The notes under the pieces were generated by a model. The model worked only from the letters and a program-made list of their open reading frames with translations. It did not search any database and was not told the DNA's origin. A DNA stretch of 64,000 bases from Octopus vulgaris (Eukaryota), in NCBI GenBank assembly GCA_951406725.2, contig OX597814.1:1426001-1490000 (forward strand), given 5' to 3'. The position numbers and the translations under genes were made by a program. Of this stretch, positions 43,975 to 57,156 are shown piece by piece (the first letter of the stretch is position 1; each line of letters starts with the position of its first letter).

Positions 43975-44192
43975 TGGCAGCGAGCTGGAAGAAACGTTAG
44001 CACGCAGGGCGAAATGCTTAGCAGTATTTCGTCTGCCGTTAATGTCTGAGTTCAAATTCCGCCGAAGTCGACTTTGCCTTTCATCCTTTCGAGGCGGCGA
44101 GCTGGCAGAAACGTTAGCATGCCGGACAAAATACTTAGCAATATTTCGTCTGTCTTTACGTTCTGAGTTCAAATTCCGCCGAGGTCGACTTT
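43975..44192 (+). mobile_element. Two tandem 5' halves of SINE family B
   Basis: GGC(A/G)GCGAGCTGG..GAAACGTTAGCA..GAGTTCAAATTCCGCCGA repeated at 43976 and 44093. Confidence 0.8.
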
Positions 44193-44239
44193 ACTCAAGG
44201 GCGAACTATACTCGAGAATTTACGGTATACACACGAACG

Positions 44240-44313
<74 letters not shown>

Positions 44314-44484
44314 CTGTTCTAATTTAATTAAATTCTATGTCTTTGTGCAGCTGAAGATTGCTCTACATTGTAAACTGATGTAATGATTGGATTGTTCAAT
44401 TAAATGGAGTTGCATGAAACGATTGTACAGCATTACCTCTGGATATCCTTGTTGCTTATTTTGATACATACATACATATATATT

Positions 44485-44692
44485 AAAATGTGACCGCGTG
44501 TGTATCGTTGGCGATTTTTTCCTCTATCTTCCCTTCCTTGGATTTTTCTTTTTTCTATATTTCTGACGAAGAGCTCTGCTCGAAACGTTAAATTCTCCTT
44601 TCTTTCCTTTCCTGAGCGGCCAATAACACTATACTTGTTTCACGTCCTCGCGTTGTTGTGTTTTCTCGTTGTGTTTTCATGTTTGGATTAAT
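44485..44692 (+). mobile_element. Short element carrying a minimal type I hammerhead (44559-44593)
   Basis: ATTT-CTGACGA-A-GAGC-TCT-GCTC-GAAAC-GTT-AAAT; second partial copy at 13094-13214. Confidence 0.75.
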
Positions 44693-44734
<42 letters not shown>

Positions 44735-44779
44735 GTAGAAGGCACTAGCCCAAGGTACCACGCAGCCACTCCTGCGCCT

Positions 44780-44814
<35 letters not shown>

Positions 44815-45789
44815 GAGACACAGACACATATATGTGCATGAGTGGGTATACGTATGAGTAGATCTGTGATGAAACGTGTCCCACCCCTAAACCACCCGAT
44901 CTCACATAATGTTATTACGAACCCAAACTGTCAGATGTCATAGGAGCGAGAGCAATATCTGTTATTTCTAGCAGGTGCAAGCGGCCCCGTGGAGGCTGTC
45001 TCGTTGTACCATGTGACATGTGTTGATGTACGTAAAACAGAGGAAGTGACCTGAGACAGTGACGACAAGATAATACAGAGGTCGCTGAAGCAGCAAAATC
45101 TCGGCTAATAAACGTCATAACACAGACAACCTCCACCCTTCCCTCTTTTCCTCTCCACACCTCCTCCTCCTTTCATTTTATACCCACATTTCGTGGTTTC
45201 TCCTACTCTTTCTCTCCCACTCTCTGCCTCCACTCTTCTCTTCCCACTCCTCTCGTTCCTCCTCCTTTCTTATTAATTCTCCTCTCAACTTTCCTTCAGA
45301 CGGAATACTTTCTCCCATTTGCTGGCGACGATTCACACACTCACGCACACACACACATGTGGGCGCGCACACACACGCGCACACACACACACACACACAC
45401 GCACACACACACGCACATACACACACCCACTCACACACATATCCATACGCCACACACCACAAACACACACGTACACATACACACACGCACATATGCACAC
45501 ACGCACATATACACACACGCACACACCACATATACATGCCCGCACACACACACACACACATCTCTCTGCTCTCTCGCTTCTCTCTTTCTCCCCCTCTCCT
45601 CTTCTCTGTCCGTCTCCCCTTTCCCTGTCTCCCTCTCTCTCTCTCCCTCCCCAATACATCTGCTTTGGTGGTGATGGTGCTGGCGTGGATTATGATGTTG
45701 TGTTAGCAATGTGGTTGTGATGACAATGATGATGCGAATAAGCACGATAAAGAAGCTGCTGGTGCTGACGCTGACGGTGTTGCTGTTGT

Positions 45790-46260
45790 TGTTGTTGTTG
45801 TTCTTGTTGTTGTTAAGCAACAAGACGGGTAAGGGTGATTTCACTGCGTCCGTTCTGGCAGGTCGGGAGAGGAAGTCCACTTTTCCCAGATCCGAAGAGC
45901 AAGAAGAGGGTCACTGGCCCCAGAGTGTCTGGGGTGGGAGGGTTGGCATTTGTGGCGGGCTTTGGATCCGTGGACAGTCGTAGATAACATGCTCCGCCGT
46001 CTCTTCCCCCACTCCGCACTTTCTGCAGGTTCTGTCTATGGCTCGGTCGATCTTGTAGAGCCAGTACTTGAGGTCCGGGTGATGACCAAAAAAACATTGG
46101 TCGTCTTGTTGTAGTCAAGGGTTCTTCGTTGACGCCCGACACCACTGGGAGGTGGTCCTTGAAGTCGCTGGAAATGGAGATCCCCTGGTCAAAATTCTTG
46201 AACGGCCTCGAGTTGCTGCTGAACCGCTGCCCTGGTATATTTCTGTTTTTGTAATGGCGA
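45790..46260 (-). mobile_element. Internally deleted I-group (Ingi/Vingi/Nimb-like) LINE with CCHC finger and (AAC)n tail
   Basis: Minus strand GHHPDLKYWLYKIDRAIDRTCRKCGVGEETAEHVIYDCP (about 45970-46087) is a non-LTR C-terminal CX2CX7HX4C finger. Confidence 0.8.
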
Positions 46261-46273
46261 AGGCTCGTGGCCT

Positions 46274-47044
46274 AGTTTTAACGTTCTAGTTCACTTCCGC
46301 TGTTTACAGCAGTGTTGGGAAGGAACGTGTGTAGCGTGTGATCGTCGCATAGACTGTGACAGAGAAAGTTATCATGGTGATACCTGCTCAGAGGCCCATG
46401 CAAAGATACAAAATATGCATGTGGGGGAGTGTATGAGCCGCGTACATGTGTACGAGTGGTTCAGACGTTTCCAAGATGGCCGAAAAAATGTCGATATTGA
46501 CGAATGTTCTGGGAGACTTGCAACCAGCAGAACTGAGAAAACCATCGCAGATGTGCGTGTAGCTGTGAGGGGAAATCGTCGAATCACCATCCGTGAGTTA
46601 TCAGAGGATGTGCAGATTAGTTATGGTTCAGTTCTGTCCATTATCATTGAAGATTTGGCTACGAGACGCGTGTCTGCCTAGTTTCTGCCAAAAACTGCTT
46701 TCAGCTGAGCGAAAATATACTCGGGTTTCAGTTGCACAAGATCTCCTTGATTGTGTCGAGAACAATGAAAACTTTGCGTGGGCCTCTAAGCAGGTATTGT
46801 GAAGCTTTTGGCAAAGTGTGATGCAGATTCTCTGCTCAACTTTCTCTGTCATGGTCAACGCGACGATCACACGCAACACACGTTACTTCTAAGCACTGCT
46901 GTAAGTAGCGGAAATGAGCTAGAACGTTAAAACTTTGTGCGCATGCTCAACAGAGTTCAAGATCTGTATCAAGCGGTTTTACTCTGCATGATTTAGCTTC
47001 GTTACTATGGCAACAGTCCGAATACTTATTGATCAGACCGCGTA
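46274..47044. mobile_element. Mariner remnant built from two inverted 5' halves
   Basis: Plus strand MSRVHVYEWFRRFQDGRKNVDIDECSGR..NRRITIRELSED..RRVSA; minus strand MTEKVEQRICITLCQKL; TIR TACGCGGTCTGATCAATAAGTATTCGGACTGTTGCC at 47044. Confidence 0.85.
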
Positions 47045-47454
47045 CAGTGGCTCAGATTGACTGACAGGCATAAACAAGCCTACAGTCAGACTGACAAACA
47101 TATAAACAGACTAATAGCCTGCTGCCATTGTTGACTGTAAGTGATATTGACAAATGTTTGAACATAAAACATTCACAAACAGACGACAACATTAGACAGA
47201 CAAACAGCAAGACGACCACGTTGCTAGAAATGGCAGCCCTTCTCTTCCGACAAACCGGTAAGAAAGACAAAGCTGTCTACGGTCAAATTTGAACCCAGAA
47301 CATAAAGAATTGTACAAGGTATGTTTTCGTTGATGTTTGCTTTACCGATCCTACCGTTTCGCCCTTTGCTGCCCATTCAACAACAACAACAAAAGCAACG
47401 AGTTTAATTAGGACGTCGATAACGAGAGGTGATTAGTTATAGAAATATGAACAG

Positions 47455-47550
47455 GTACCCCAATAAACACCAACTGTCAAGCGGTGATGGAGGACAATCA
47501 CAGACACAAATACACAAAGACTCACCACACCCCAAACACACACACAAATA

Positions 47551-47598
<48 letters not shown>

Positions 47599-47765
47599 AG
47601 GGTTTCTTACAGTTTCCTTCCGTCTACCAAAGCCACTCACAAAGCTTTGGCCGGCCCCAGGCTATAGTAGCATTTACTTGCCCAAGGTGCCTCGTAGTGG
47701 GACTGAACCCAAAACCATAAGCCATAAGGTTGGGAATCAACAATCTTCTTACCACACAACCACAT
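47455..47765 (-). mobile_element. SINE family A, partial
   Basis: Head and microsatellite-bearing middle. Confidence 0.7.
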
Positions 47766-47808
47766 GTATTTATACTTATACATACATACAAATATATATA
47801 TATATATT

Positions 47809-47842
<34 letters not shown>

Positions 47843-47905
47843 CATGTATGTCTATACATATATATATGCATTTATATATATATATGCATGTATATATATA
47901 TATGC

Positions 47906-47977
<72 letters not shown>

Positions 47978-48766
47978 CGTTGAATATCTAGGAGGGAAAG
48001 CGTAGAGAAAACTTGAGTAGTAAAATAAGAGAAGCGAAAATTGCAAAGAAAAAGTAACAAAAAAGAAATCAAAATCAAAAGCGAAATCCTAAATAAAAAC
48101 CAGACAAATGTACGACCACCATGGAGCATGTCGTTCGTTTATTTATAAACATTTGAAGATGAAGAGATATATTTTAGTAGAGTTGGGGTGAATGTTGATC
48201 AAATATTTTCCTGGTTCCTCTCTCAATTCAATACAGCAGAAAGTTCTAATTCCACCATTTTTGCTACTCCCTACTTCACTTCTTTTTCTTCTTCTGCTTC
48301 AACTCCGCCCGCCATCTTGTCTTGTTTTCTTTTCCTTTCTTCTCTTACAGCAGCCATGTTTATACAAATTTTATTCGGTCTTTTTGCAAATGTAGTCTTA
48401 ATTTTGCTACTCGTTTATTTCAGGAATAAACTACATGAAACAAAACAGAAAAGGCTACATTTGATTCTCTCACCAAACCTGTAAACTGAAATGTAATCTT
48501 TTCCCTATCTTTTTATATTTTATCATTTATTTACTTGGCTTCGTTCTCCATTCAACATCTATTTCTGTAGACGTTTTGGGTTCCCATTATGGATTTATGT
48601 TGTTCTCTCTTGTGGATAGAGCTGTAAAATAGTTTTAGGGACCCAGTTTAAATATAGACTCTTCCGTTGAATGTAATTTCTTCATGGGGTCTGTGTGACT
48701 TGTTATGTAATTTTATTGGTAATCTAACTAAAAAAAAACTATATATTTTCTATATTGACATCTATC

Positions 48767-48841
<75 letters not shown>

Positions 48842-48865
48842 ATCATCTCTCTGTCTGCCTATCTG

Positions 48866-48957
<92 letters not shown>

Positions 48958-49131
48958 AACTCTGTGTGTGTGTTCGCGTGCGCGTGTGACGAAGAGAAAG
49001 TTTTTACTGCTCTGAAACTGAACATTGCGTACAATCTCTTTCTCTTTTTTTTCTCTCCCCCGGGATTATGACCCCAAAATTAGTTTACATAAAAGTTACG
49101 TTTGTGTAATATATATATATATATATATATA

Positions 49132-49358
49132 TACCAGAGTAAGCACATAAATGTGAAACAATGTAGAAAAATAGTACTCGAATACCGGAGGTAGGGTAAT
49201 ATGCTTTATTAATAAAGCTGCAAAAGCATCACGAAAAAAAAAAAAAAAACTGCTGCTCAGAGCTTCGTGTTCCTGTTAGTCGCATATTCGAAATCACAAC
49301 CGTCCGACGAACGGGAACGTGAAACTCTGAATAACAATCTTTTGTGATGTTTTTGCAT
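49132..49358. mobile_element. Foldback element with variant hammerhead (49302-49335, plus strand)
   Basis: GT-CCGACGA-ACG-GGAA-CGT-GAAA-CTCTGAATA-AC; 49219-49277 is a degenerate inverted copy of 49310-49357; starts at a (TA)n. Confidence 0.6.
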
Positions 49359-49403
49359 ATTAGAAGAGGCGAATATTGTTTTTGATTTTTATTTGGAAAA
49401 AGG

Positions 49404-49443
<40 letters not shown>

Positions 49444-49485
49444 GAGAGAGATAGAGAGAGAGAATAGCAAAGCGTGTATGTGTAT

Positions 49486-49518
<33 letters not shown>

Positions 49519-49894
49519 GAGAATAGATAGGGAGATTTCAGGACAATCCAGAAAGAGGAGAAAAAAAATAATAATACTGAACCTCTCTCTCTATTTCCCC
49601 ATCTCCGCTTTCATTTGCTTTTTTTCTCTCTCTCTCTCTCTCCCTCTCTCTCTCTCTATCTCTCTATCTCTATCTCTCTCTCTCCCTTTTACCAAAAAAC
49701 CCCAAGATTATATTCTCCCCTTCTAAAAAACAAAAAAAAAAAAAAAAAGAAAGGAAAACATCCGATTCATATAAATAAACAACGAATCGTTCTGTTTTTA
49801 CCATTTTGATTTTGGTTTTGTGTTGACGAGTTCGAAAACAAACGAAAGCGCTAATAAAGGATTATCCAAAATTCTGTCTGCCTCCTTTTTCTCA

Positions 49895-49936
<42 letters not shown>

Positions 49937-49984
49937 CCCCTTCTGTCTGTGTTTGCCCCCACACCCCGCTCAACGACCGGTGTG

Positions 49985-50278
49985 GGTGTGTTTACTTCAT
50001 AAGCTTAGTACTTATCCTATCTGTCTCTTTTGCCGAACTGCTAAGTTACGGGGACGTAAACACACCAGCATCGGTTGTCAAGTGATGTTGAAGGGGACAA
50101 ACACAGACATACAAACATATATATATACATATATACGACGGGCTTCTTTCAGTTTCCATCTACCAAATGCATTGACAAGGCTTTGGTCGGCCCGAAACTA
50201 TAGTAGAAGACACGTGTCCAATGTGCCACGCAGTGGGACTGAACCCGTAACCACGTGGTTGGTAAGCAAGCTACTTAC
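49985..50278 (-). mobile_element. SINE family A
   Basis: Family tail, middle and head present. Confidence 0.8.
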
Positions 50279-50549
50279 CCGAAACATGTCTCTACGTTTT
50301 AACAGCTGATAACTCAATTTTCCTTTGTTTTTAGATTTAACCTAATTCTTTTCTTCTCTCGGCACAAGGCCCGAAATGTTTGGGGAGAGTGCTAGTTAAT
50401 TAGATCGACCTCAGTACATAACTGGTACTTAATTTATCGACTCTGAAAGCATAAAAAGTAAAGTCAACCTCGGCGGAAGATTTAACCCATTTGAAATGAT
50501 GAAGAGAGCCAAACAGCTTTGAATAAAAGGAATTTACCCTAAAGTACTA

Positions 50550-50992
50550 GAAGTATGAAATCGCAAAGAAAATTTAGGAGTCTAGTTTCAAACAGATCCA
50601 TTTTCGTGATCCATCATCCCTCAAATTAGAGACAAATTTAACGCCGATGGTGTTTTCAGAATGGCCACAAGAAACGTTATTGAAGGCTGTGGACAGCGAT
50701 GAGTTCAACAAAAGATGAGCTTAACAAAAGAAGAAAGTGTATTAGATCAGTATAATCAGAACTCAAGAAAATCTGTGAGGCAAGCAAGTCGTGAGATTCG
50801 TATCTCGCATTTTGAAGCGTTGTCACTAGAAAGGTTACATTTCAAGAAGAAACTAGGCTTTCAGTGAAATGATCTGGAACGAATAATGGTACTTGGCAAG
50901 GTGTGCAGAAGGTGCATGCTTTCTAAGAAAGATTGTTTGGAGTGGTGAGGCTACATTTAAAATAAATGGCTCAGTTAAACGCCACAGTTGCA
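50550..50992 (+). pseudogene. Decayed Tc1/mariner-superfamily transposase (DUF4817-type)
   Basis: RKSVRQASREIRIS and [22 protein letters not shown] match the I.WSDEA.F..NG.VN.HNC motif. Confidence 0.65.
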
Positions 50993-51349
50993 CCCACAGG
51001 GAGGGTAGCAGACCATCTGTTTATTATGGAGGAACGTTATGTCATGTTTAGTGTATATATTAACAAAATGCTAAGAATCCTACGAACCGTGGGTTCATCC
51101 CCGCATTACATACATATTACAAACGTTATACATGACGACTGCAGATGGAAGTGAGGCATCGGTACGTCATTGGATTCAAGAGAGAAAAACTTGCTCAACA
51201 CTTTTGTCAGCCTCTCGCTCACCAATCTGGGTTCCAGTGAGAAGCATTGCAAGGCGACTGGTGTGATTTGGACTGGAAGCTTTATGTCATGTCTTTGATA
51301 TATACATAGTACATACATACATACATACATACATACATACATACATACA

Positions 51350-51380
<31 letters not shown>

Positions 51381-51400
51381 GTATATATATATATATATAA

Positions 51401-51630
51401 ATGAAAGAATGGAGTTGAACGACGAATTAACAAAATTCCTTTGTTAATTTGTCGTTCAACTCCATTCTTTCATATATTTGTATTAAAAAAACAACAAATT
51501 TCCACACGAAAGCACGTGATCTCTGCCCTTGGCATGTAGCTTCAACCATGTTTTTCTGACGTGAATTTGCTACCCAGGTATCGGTTAACTGAATTATCCT
51601 TAATAAGATAATTCATTCAACTACTCTAAT
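51401..51630. mobile_element. Short (TA)-flanked element beginning with a 34-bp-arm hairpin
   Basis: 51401-51434 equals rc of 51440-51473 with one G-T pair. Confidence 0.55.
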
Positions 51631-51639
51631 ATATATATA

Positions 51640-51910
51640 AGTGATTAGGGCAGCGGACTCGCGGTTTCTATTCCCAGACTGGGCGTTGTGAGTGTTTATT
51701 GACCGAAAACGCCTAAAGTTCCACGAGGCTCCGGCAGAAGGTGGTGGCGATCCCTGATGTACTCTTTCGCCACAACTTTCTCTCACTCTTTCTTCTGTTG
51801 GTCTGCTCGCTTAGCCAGCGGGGTGGCGTCATTTGAAGGCTAAAACAATGCGAAGCGCATTGTGACCAGCGATGTGTAGCAACATCTGATAGCCTGGTCA
51901 GTCACGGTGA
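51640..51910 (+). mobile_element. OR-type SINE head fused to an alternative 3' tail
   Basis: First ~155 bp match the head of 37369-37756, followed by an unrelated tail ending GTCACGGTGATA. Confidence 0.75.
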
Positions 51911-52104
51911 TATATATATATATGTAGCGTAAAAGGCATAGGAATTTGGAATCCGGGCAGGTACCATATTAGCACGCTGATATAATTCAGATCTGGCTAA
52001 TCACATCGAATGATAGGGAACCAACAGAATTGCTTAAGATGAAGAATTAAACGGTATTCCCACTTGATAGATAAATCCTGAGTTTGTTCCAATGGACTTC
52101 ATAC

Positions 52105-52174
<70 letters not shown>

Positions 52175-52644
52175 CATATATGAATACTTGTGTGTTGCGT
52201 GTACTTCGTGTATAATATATAATTACGCAAGTGCGCTTGAATGTACGAGTATATGCGTATGAATGTGTGCGTTTATGAATGGATGCAAGAACGATATTGA
52301 TATTTGCATTTATGTTTGTGTGTGTGCACGTGTGTATCTGTGTGTGTATGCGTGTGTGTGCTTGAATGACTGTGTTATTGTTTGTATAACCAATTCCCGA
52401 CGATAAGAGGCTGGGTGGTCTTCAACGGAAGCAGTCCTTTACTTCCCCACCTCTCTCCCTCTTCCCCATACAGTTTAGTCACAATATAATTAAGGTCCAA
52501 TAGAAGGCCAATTCCAAACCTCTAAAATGGTAAAACAATCTGATCCCTCTGAAGTCTAGTGAGAGAAAAGTAAAAGAGGGTGGGTGGGGGTGGCACAACA
52601 CACGGGATCAGTAGTAAAGAGCAAGACCACTTCGAAGTCCCAAA

Positions 52645-53499
<855 letters not shown>

Positions 53500-54419
53500 C
53501 TCGAAACTTCAGTGGATCATGTTTTAGTAGATCTTAGTAATTTGATGTTGGTAGCTTACAACATATGGTAGACTGTGTGTGAAGGTAAGAACGACCACAC
53601 TAGTATTTGTATGAGATTCTACATATTTCTTATCGCTTGGAACATTTGCATAAATAAAATATCATACATGAGATGGGAAATATGATAGTTACAAGTCTTC
53701 ATTGCATAAAATACAGAAATTATTCGTGGTTATTAAAGACAGAATAAGTAGAAAATGTGAGAACACTTTACCACAAAATTGACTAACAGAGTTCTGTGTA
53801 GCACCTGCGATTGTTCTGGTTGAGAGTTCAATATTCCAACTTTTTATAACATTCAGTCAAACTTCCAGAAATGTCAACCGGACTATTTATTTGGCAGGAA
53901 AATTTACAAAACTTCATATCACATCTACCGCTTATTCGGTTACACACCAGCCAAGTGTGATTGTTGAACTATGTTCACATAGGCCCGAATGGTTTTTATG
54001 GGGACAGAGTTAATTTGTCGTAGCTGGTCTTTTCGTTTTTTATGCAATAATTGTTGATCACAGTCCTAAACTGGGAAGCCGAGCGAGGTGGTTCGAAACT
54101 CTGAGAAGTCCTCATTACAAAACTGTCATGTTTCTTCCATTATCTTTTTTATTTCCTGTTACTGTCGTCACTTCCGGGTTACCATTTTCATTTCAATTGC
54201 ATTTTACATTCGCGTTTTTGAAAGCCTAAAATTAGATTTAGCCGGTCACTTGACCCATTAAAAAAACAGTTAAATCTTCTCCCTTATTACATCCTGCTGT
54301 CAAAATAAGGGGCGGAGTGGGCACACATACGCTTATCTAGTTCTAGATACACAACATACAATGCATAAGAGAAAGCTTTGATCAGAAGTTTGCTGGGCAG
54401 TTTTGACCAGTGGTCAAGC

Positions 54420-54872
54420 AACATCTACAACAGCAAGAACAACATCATCAGTACCAACAGTACCAACAATCACATCCACAACCAACAACAACAACAAGCA
54501 CGACAACACTATCACCATCATCATTATCATCATCACCAGCATCATCAACAGCAGCAACACCACTATCACCACTATCATCAATAACATCGTCACCAGCAGT
54601 ACCACCACCACCACCACCACCCATACTACTATTCCCACCACCATCACCACCATCAGCACTACTAACTACACTACTACAAGTACTACCACTACCACAGCCA
54701 CTACTACTAACCACCACCATCACCACCACCACCACCGCACCTGCTACCACTGTCACAATCACCGTCGTCACCGCCACCAACACCATCATCATCCCCTGCA
54801 CCAGCACTACCACCACCACCTCCGTCACCGCACCACAATCACCGTCACCACCACCACCAACATATTCTACAG

Positions 54873-54905
<33 letters not shown>
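54420..54905. repeat. Degenerate (CAC/CAA/CAT) trinucleotide region plus (CA)n
   Basis: Directly visible. Confidence 0.85.
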
Positions 54906-54908
<3 letters not shown>

Positions 54909-55145
54909 TCGATGACGTACCGCGACATACTTGAAAAGGACCAGACGCCATCGGAGCTCTAAGAAAAATAAAATACAATAAATGTATATTAAACTAGGAT
55001 TTAACTTCGATGGGAATCCGGCCGCGGATAATTTAGCGATTAAGGGTTAGGGTTCTTAGGGACTCACAGCGAAAAGGGGAAGGCACATAATTTAATCGAA
55101 AGCATTCAAGGTTCGATTCCTAACTAAGTCGTTCGGCAATTAGCT

Positions 55146-55562
55146 ACCTGTTTCTTTATTACCCACAAGGGGCTAAACACAGAGTGGACAAACAAGGACA
55201 GACAAACGGATTAAGTCAATTATATCGACCCCAGTGCGTAACTGGTACTTAATTTATCGACCCCGAAAGGATGAAAGGCAAAGTCGACCTCAGCGGAATT
55301 TGAACTCAGAACGTAGCGGCAGACGAAATACCTATTTCTGTACTACCCACAAGGAGCTAAACACAGAGATGACAAACAAGGACAGATAAACAGATCAAAT
55401 CGATTAAATCGACCCCAGTGCGTAACTGGTACTTAATTTATCGACTCCGAAAGGATGAAAGGCAAAGTTGACCTCGGCGGAATTTGAACTCACAACGTAA
55501 CGGCAGACGAAATACGACTACGCATTTCGCCAGGCGCGCTAACGTTTCTGCCAGCTCGCCGA
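55146..55562 (-). mobile_element. SINE family B, dimeric body
   Basis: Same junction (GGCAGACGAAAT|ACCTA) as 2521-2935; flanked by TTCGG(C/T)AATTAG. Confidence 0.85.
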
Positions 55563-55598
55563 CTTTCGGTAATTAGTTATCATCTTTATAACACATAT

Positions 55599-56542
55599 GT
55601 GGAAGCACTCCGTCGGTTACGACGATGAGGGTTCCGGTTGATCCGATCAACGGAACAGCCTGCTCGTGAAATTAACGTGTAAGTGGCTGAGCACTCCACA
55701 GACACGTGTACCCTTAACGTAGTTCTCGGGGATATTCAGCGTGACACAGAGAGTGACAAGGCCGGCCCTTTGAAATACAGGTACAACAGAAACAGGAAGT
55801 AAGAGTGAGAGAAAGTTGTGGTGAAAGAGTACAGCAGGGATCACCACCATCCCCTGCCGGAGCCTCGTGGAGCTTTAGGTGTTTTCGCTCAATAAACACT
55901 CACAACGCCCGGTCTGGGAATCGAAACCGCGATCCTAGGACCGCGAGTCGGCCCTTTGAAATACAGGTACAACAGAAACAGGAAGTAAGAGTGAGAGAAA
56001 GTTGTGGTGAAAGAGTACAGCAGGGATCACCACCATCCCCTGCCGGAGCCTCGTGGAGCTTTAGGTGTTTTCGCTCAATAAACACTCACAACGCCCGGTC
56101 TGGGAATCGAAACCGCGATCCTAGGACCGCGAGTCGGCCCTTTGAAATACAGGTACAACAGAAACAGGAAGTAAGAGTGAGAGAAAGTTGTGGTGAAAGA
56201 GTACAGCAGGGATCACCACCATCCCCTGCCGGAGCCTCGTGGAGCTTTAGGTGTTTTCGCTCAATAAACACTCACAACGCCCGGTCTGGGAATCGAAACC
56301 GCGATCCTAGGACCGCGAGTCGGCCCTTTGAAATACAGGTACAACAGAAACAGGAAGTAAGAGTGAGAGAAAGTTGTGGTGAAAGAGTACAGCAGGGATC
56401 ACCACCATCCCCTGCCGGAGCCTCGTGGAGCTTTTAGGTGTTTTCGCTCAATAAACACTCACAACGCCCGGTCTGGGAATCGAAACCGCGATCCTAGGAC
56501 CGCGAGTCCGCTGCCCTAACCACTGGGCCATTGCGCCTCCAC
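55599..56542 (-). mobile_element. OR-type SINE with four internal 186-bp tandem units and 11-bp TSD
   Basis: TSD ATAACACATAT (55588-55598 / 56543-56553); units start at about 55764, 55950, 56136 and 56322. Confidence 0.92.
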
Positions 56543-56753
56543 ATAACACATATAATATATCTCTGTTAATGTGTCAGCATTCGATAAACGTTGCATATTT
56601 ATCAAGCTGAGTTAAATTTTGATGCGCAAGTGTACATACATTTATACGTACGTACGTAAACAGACGAAAATATGTACGCAACTCTCTTCTGTTTTTAATC
56701 ATTTAAATACTTCCCCGGAGGAAGGAGCTGGTTTCTGACGAAGATACAAAGCA

Positions 56754-56983
56754 GTTCTATATTTAAGAGATGAGGAATTATGTACATTATTTACGTTATT
56801 TACATTATTTACATTTGACGGATATTTGTCTTCATCTTGTTTGTTGTTAACACAACGTTTCGGCATATGGCGTAGTGGTTAAGAGCGCGGGTTACTAACC
56901 CCAAGATTCCGAGCTCGATTCCAGGCAGTCACCTGAATAATAATAATAATAATAACAATAACAACAACAACAACAACAACAAC

Positions 56984-57036
<53 letters not shown>

Positions 57037-57156
57037 CAACATCGAAAAATACCTTAGGAATGAGAACCCAGGTTCGAAATTTCCCCAAGACACCTGATGA
57101 AGGCTGGAGGGTATATCAGCCGAAACGTTGTGTTAACAACAAACAAGATGAGGACA
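56754..57156 (+). mobile_element. tRNA-headed, hammerhead-tailed SINE-like element with inverted 5' cap
   Basis: Inverted tail 56754-56864; tRNA head 56862-56935 (A box TGGCGTAGTGG, B-like GAGCTCGATTCC); (AAT/AAC)n; HHR; tail shared with the PLE at 40380-41124. Confidence 0.85.
57089..57134 (+). ncRNA. Minimal type I hammerhead ribozyme (PLE type)
   Basis: GACAC-CTGATGA-A-GGCTG-gagggtatat-CAGCC-GAAAC-GTT-GTGTT; palindromic AACGTT in place of helix III. Confidence 0.75.

Noticed and set aside
55041-55061. TTAGGG-like repeats
   Set aside because: Only two or three imperfect units; not a telomeric array.
55805-56437. 210-aa ORF with 62-aa repeats, or a CRISPR-like array
   Set aside because: Antisense reading of tandem SINE units; units are contiguous with no unique spacers and no cas genes.
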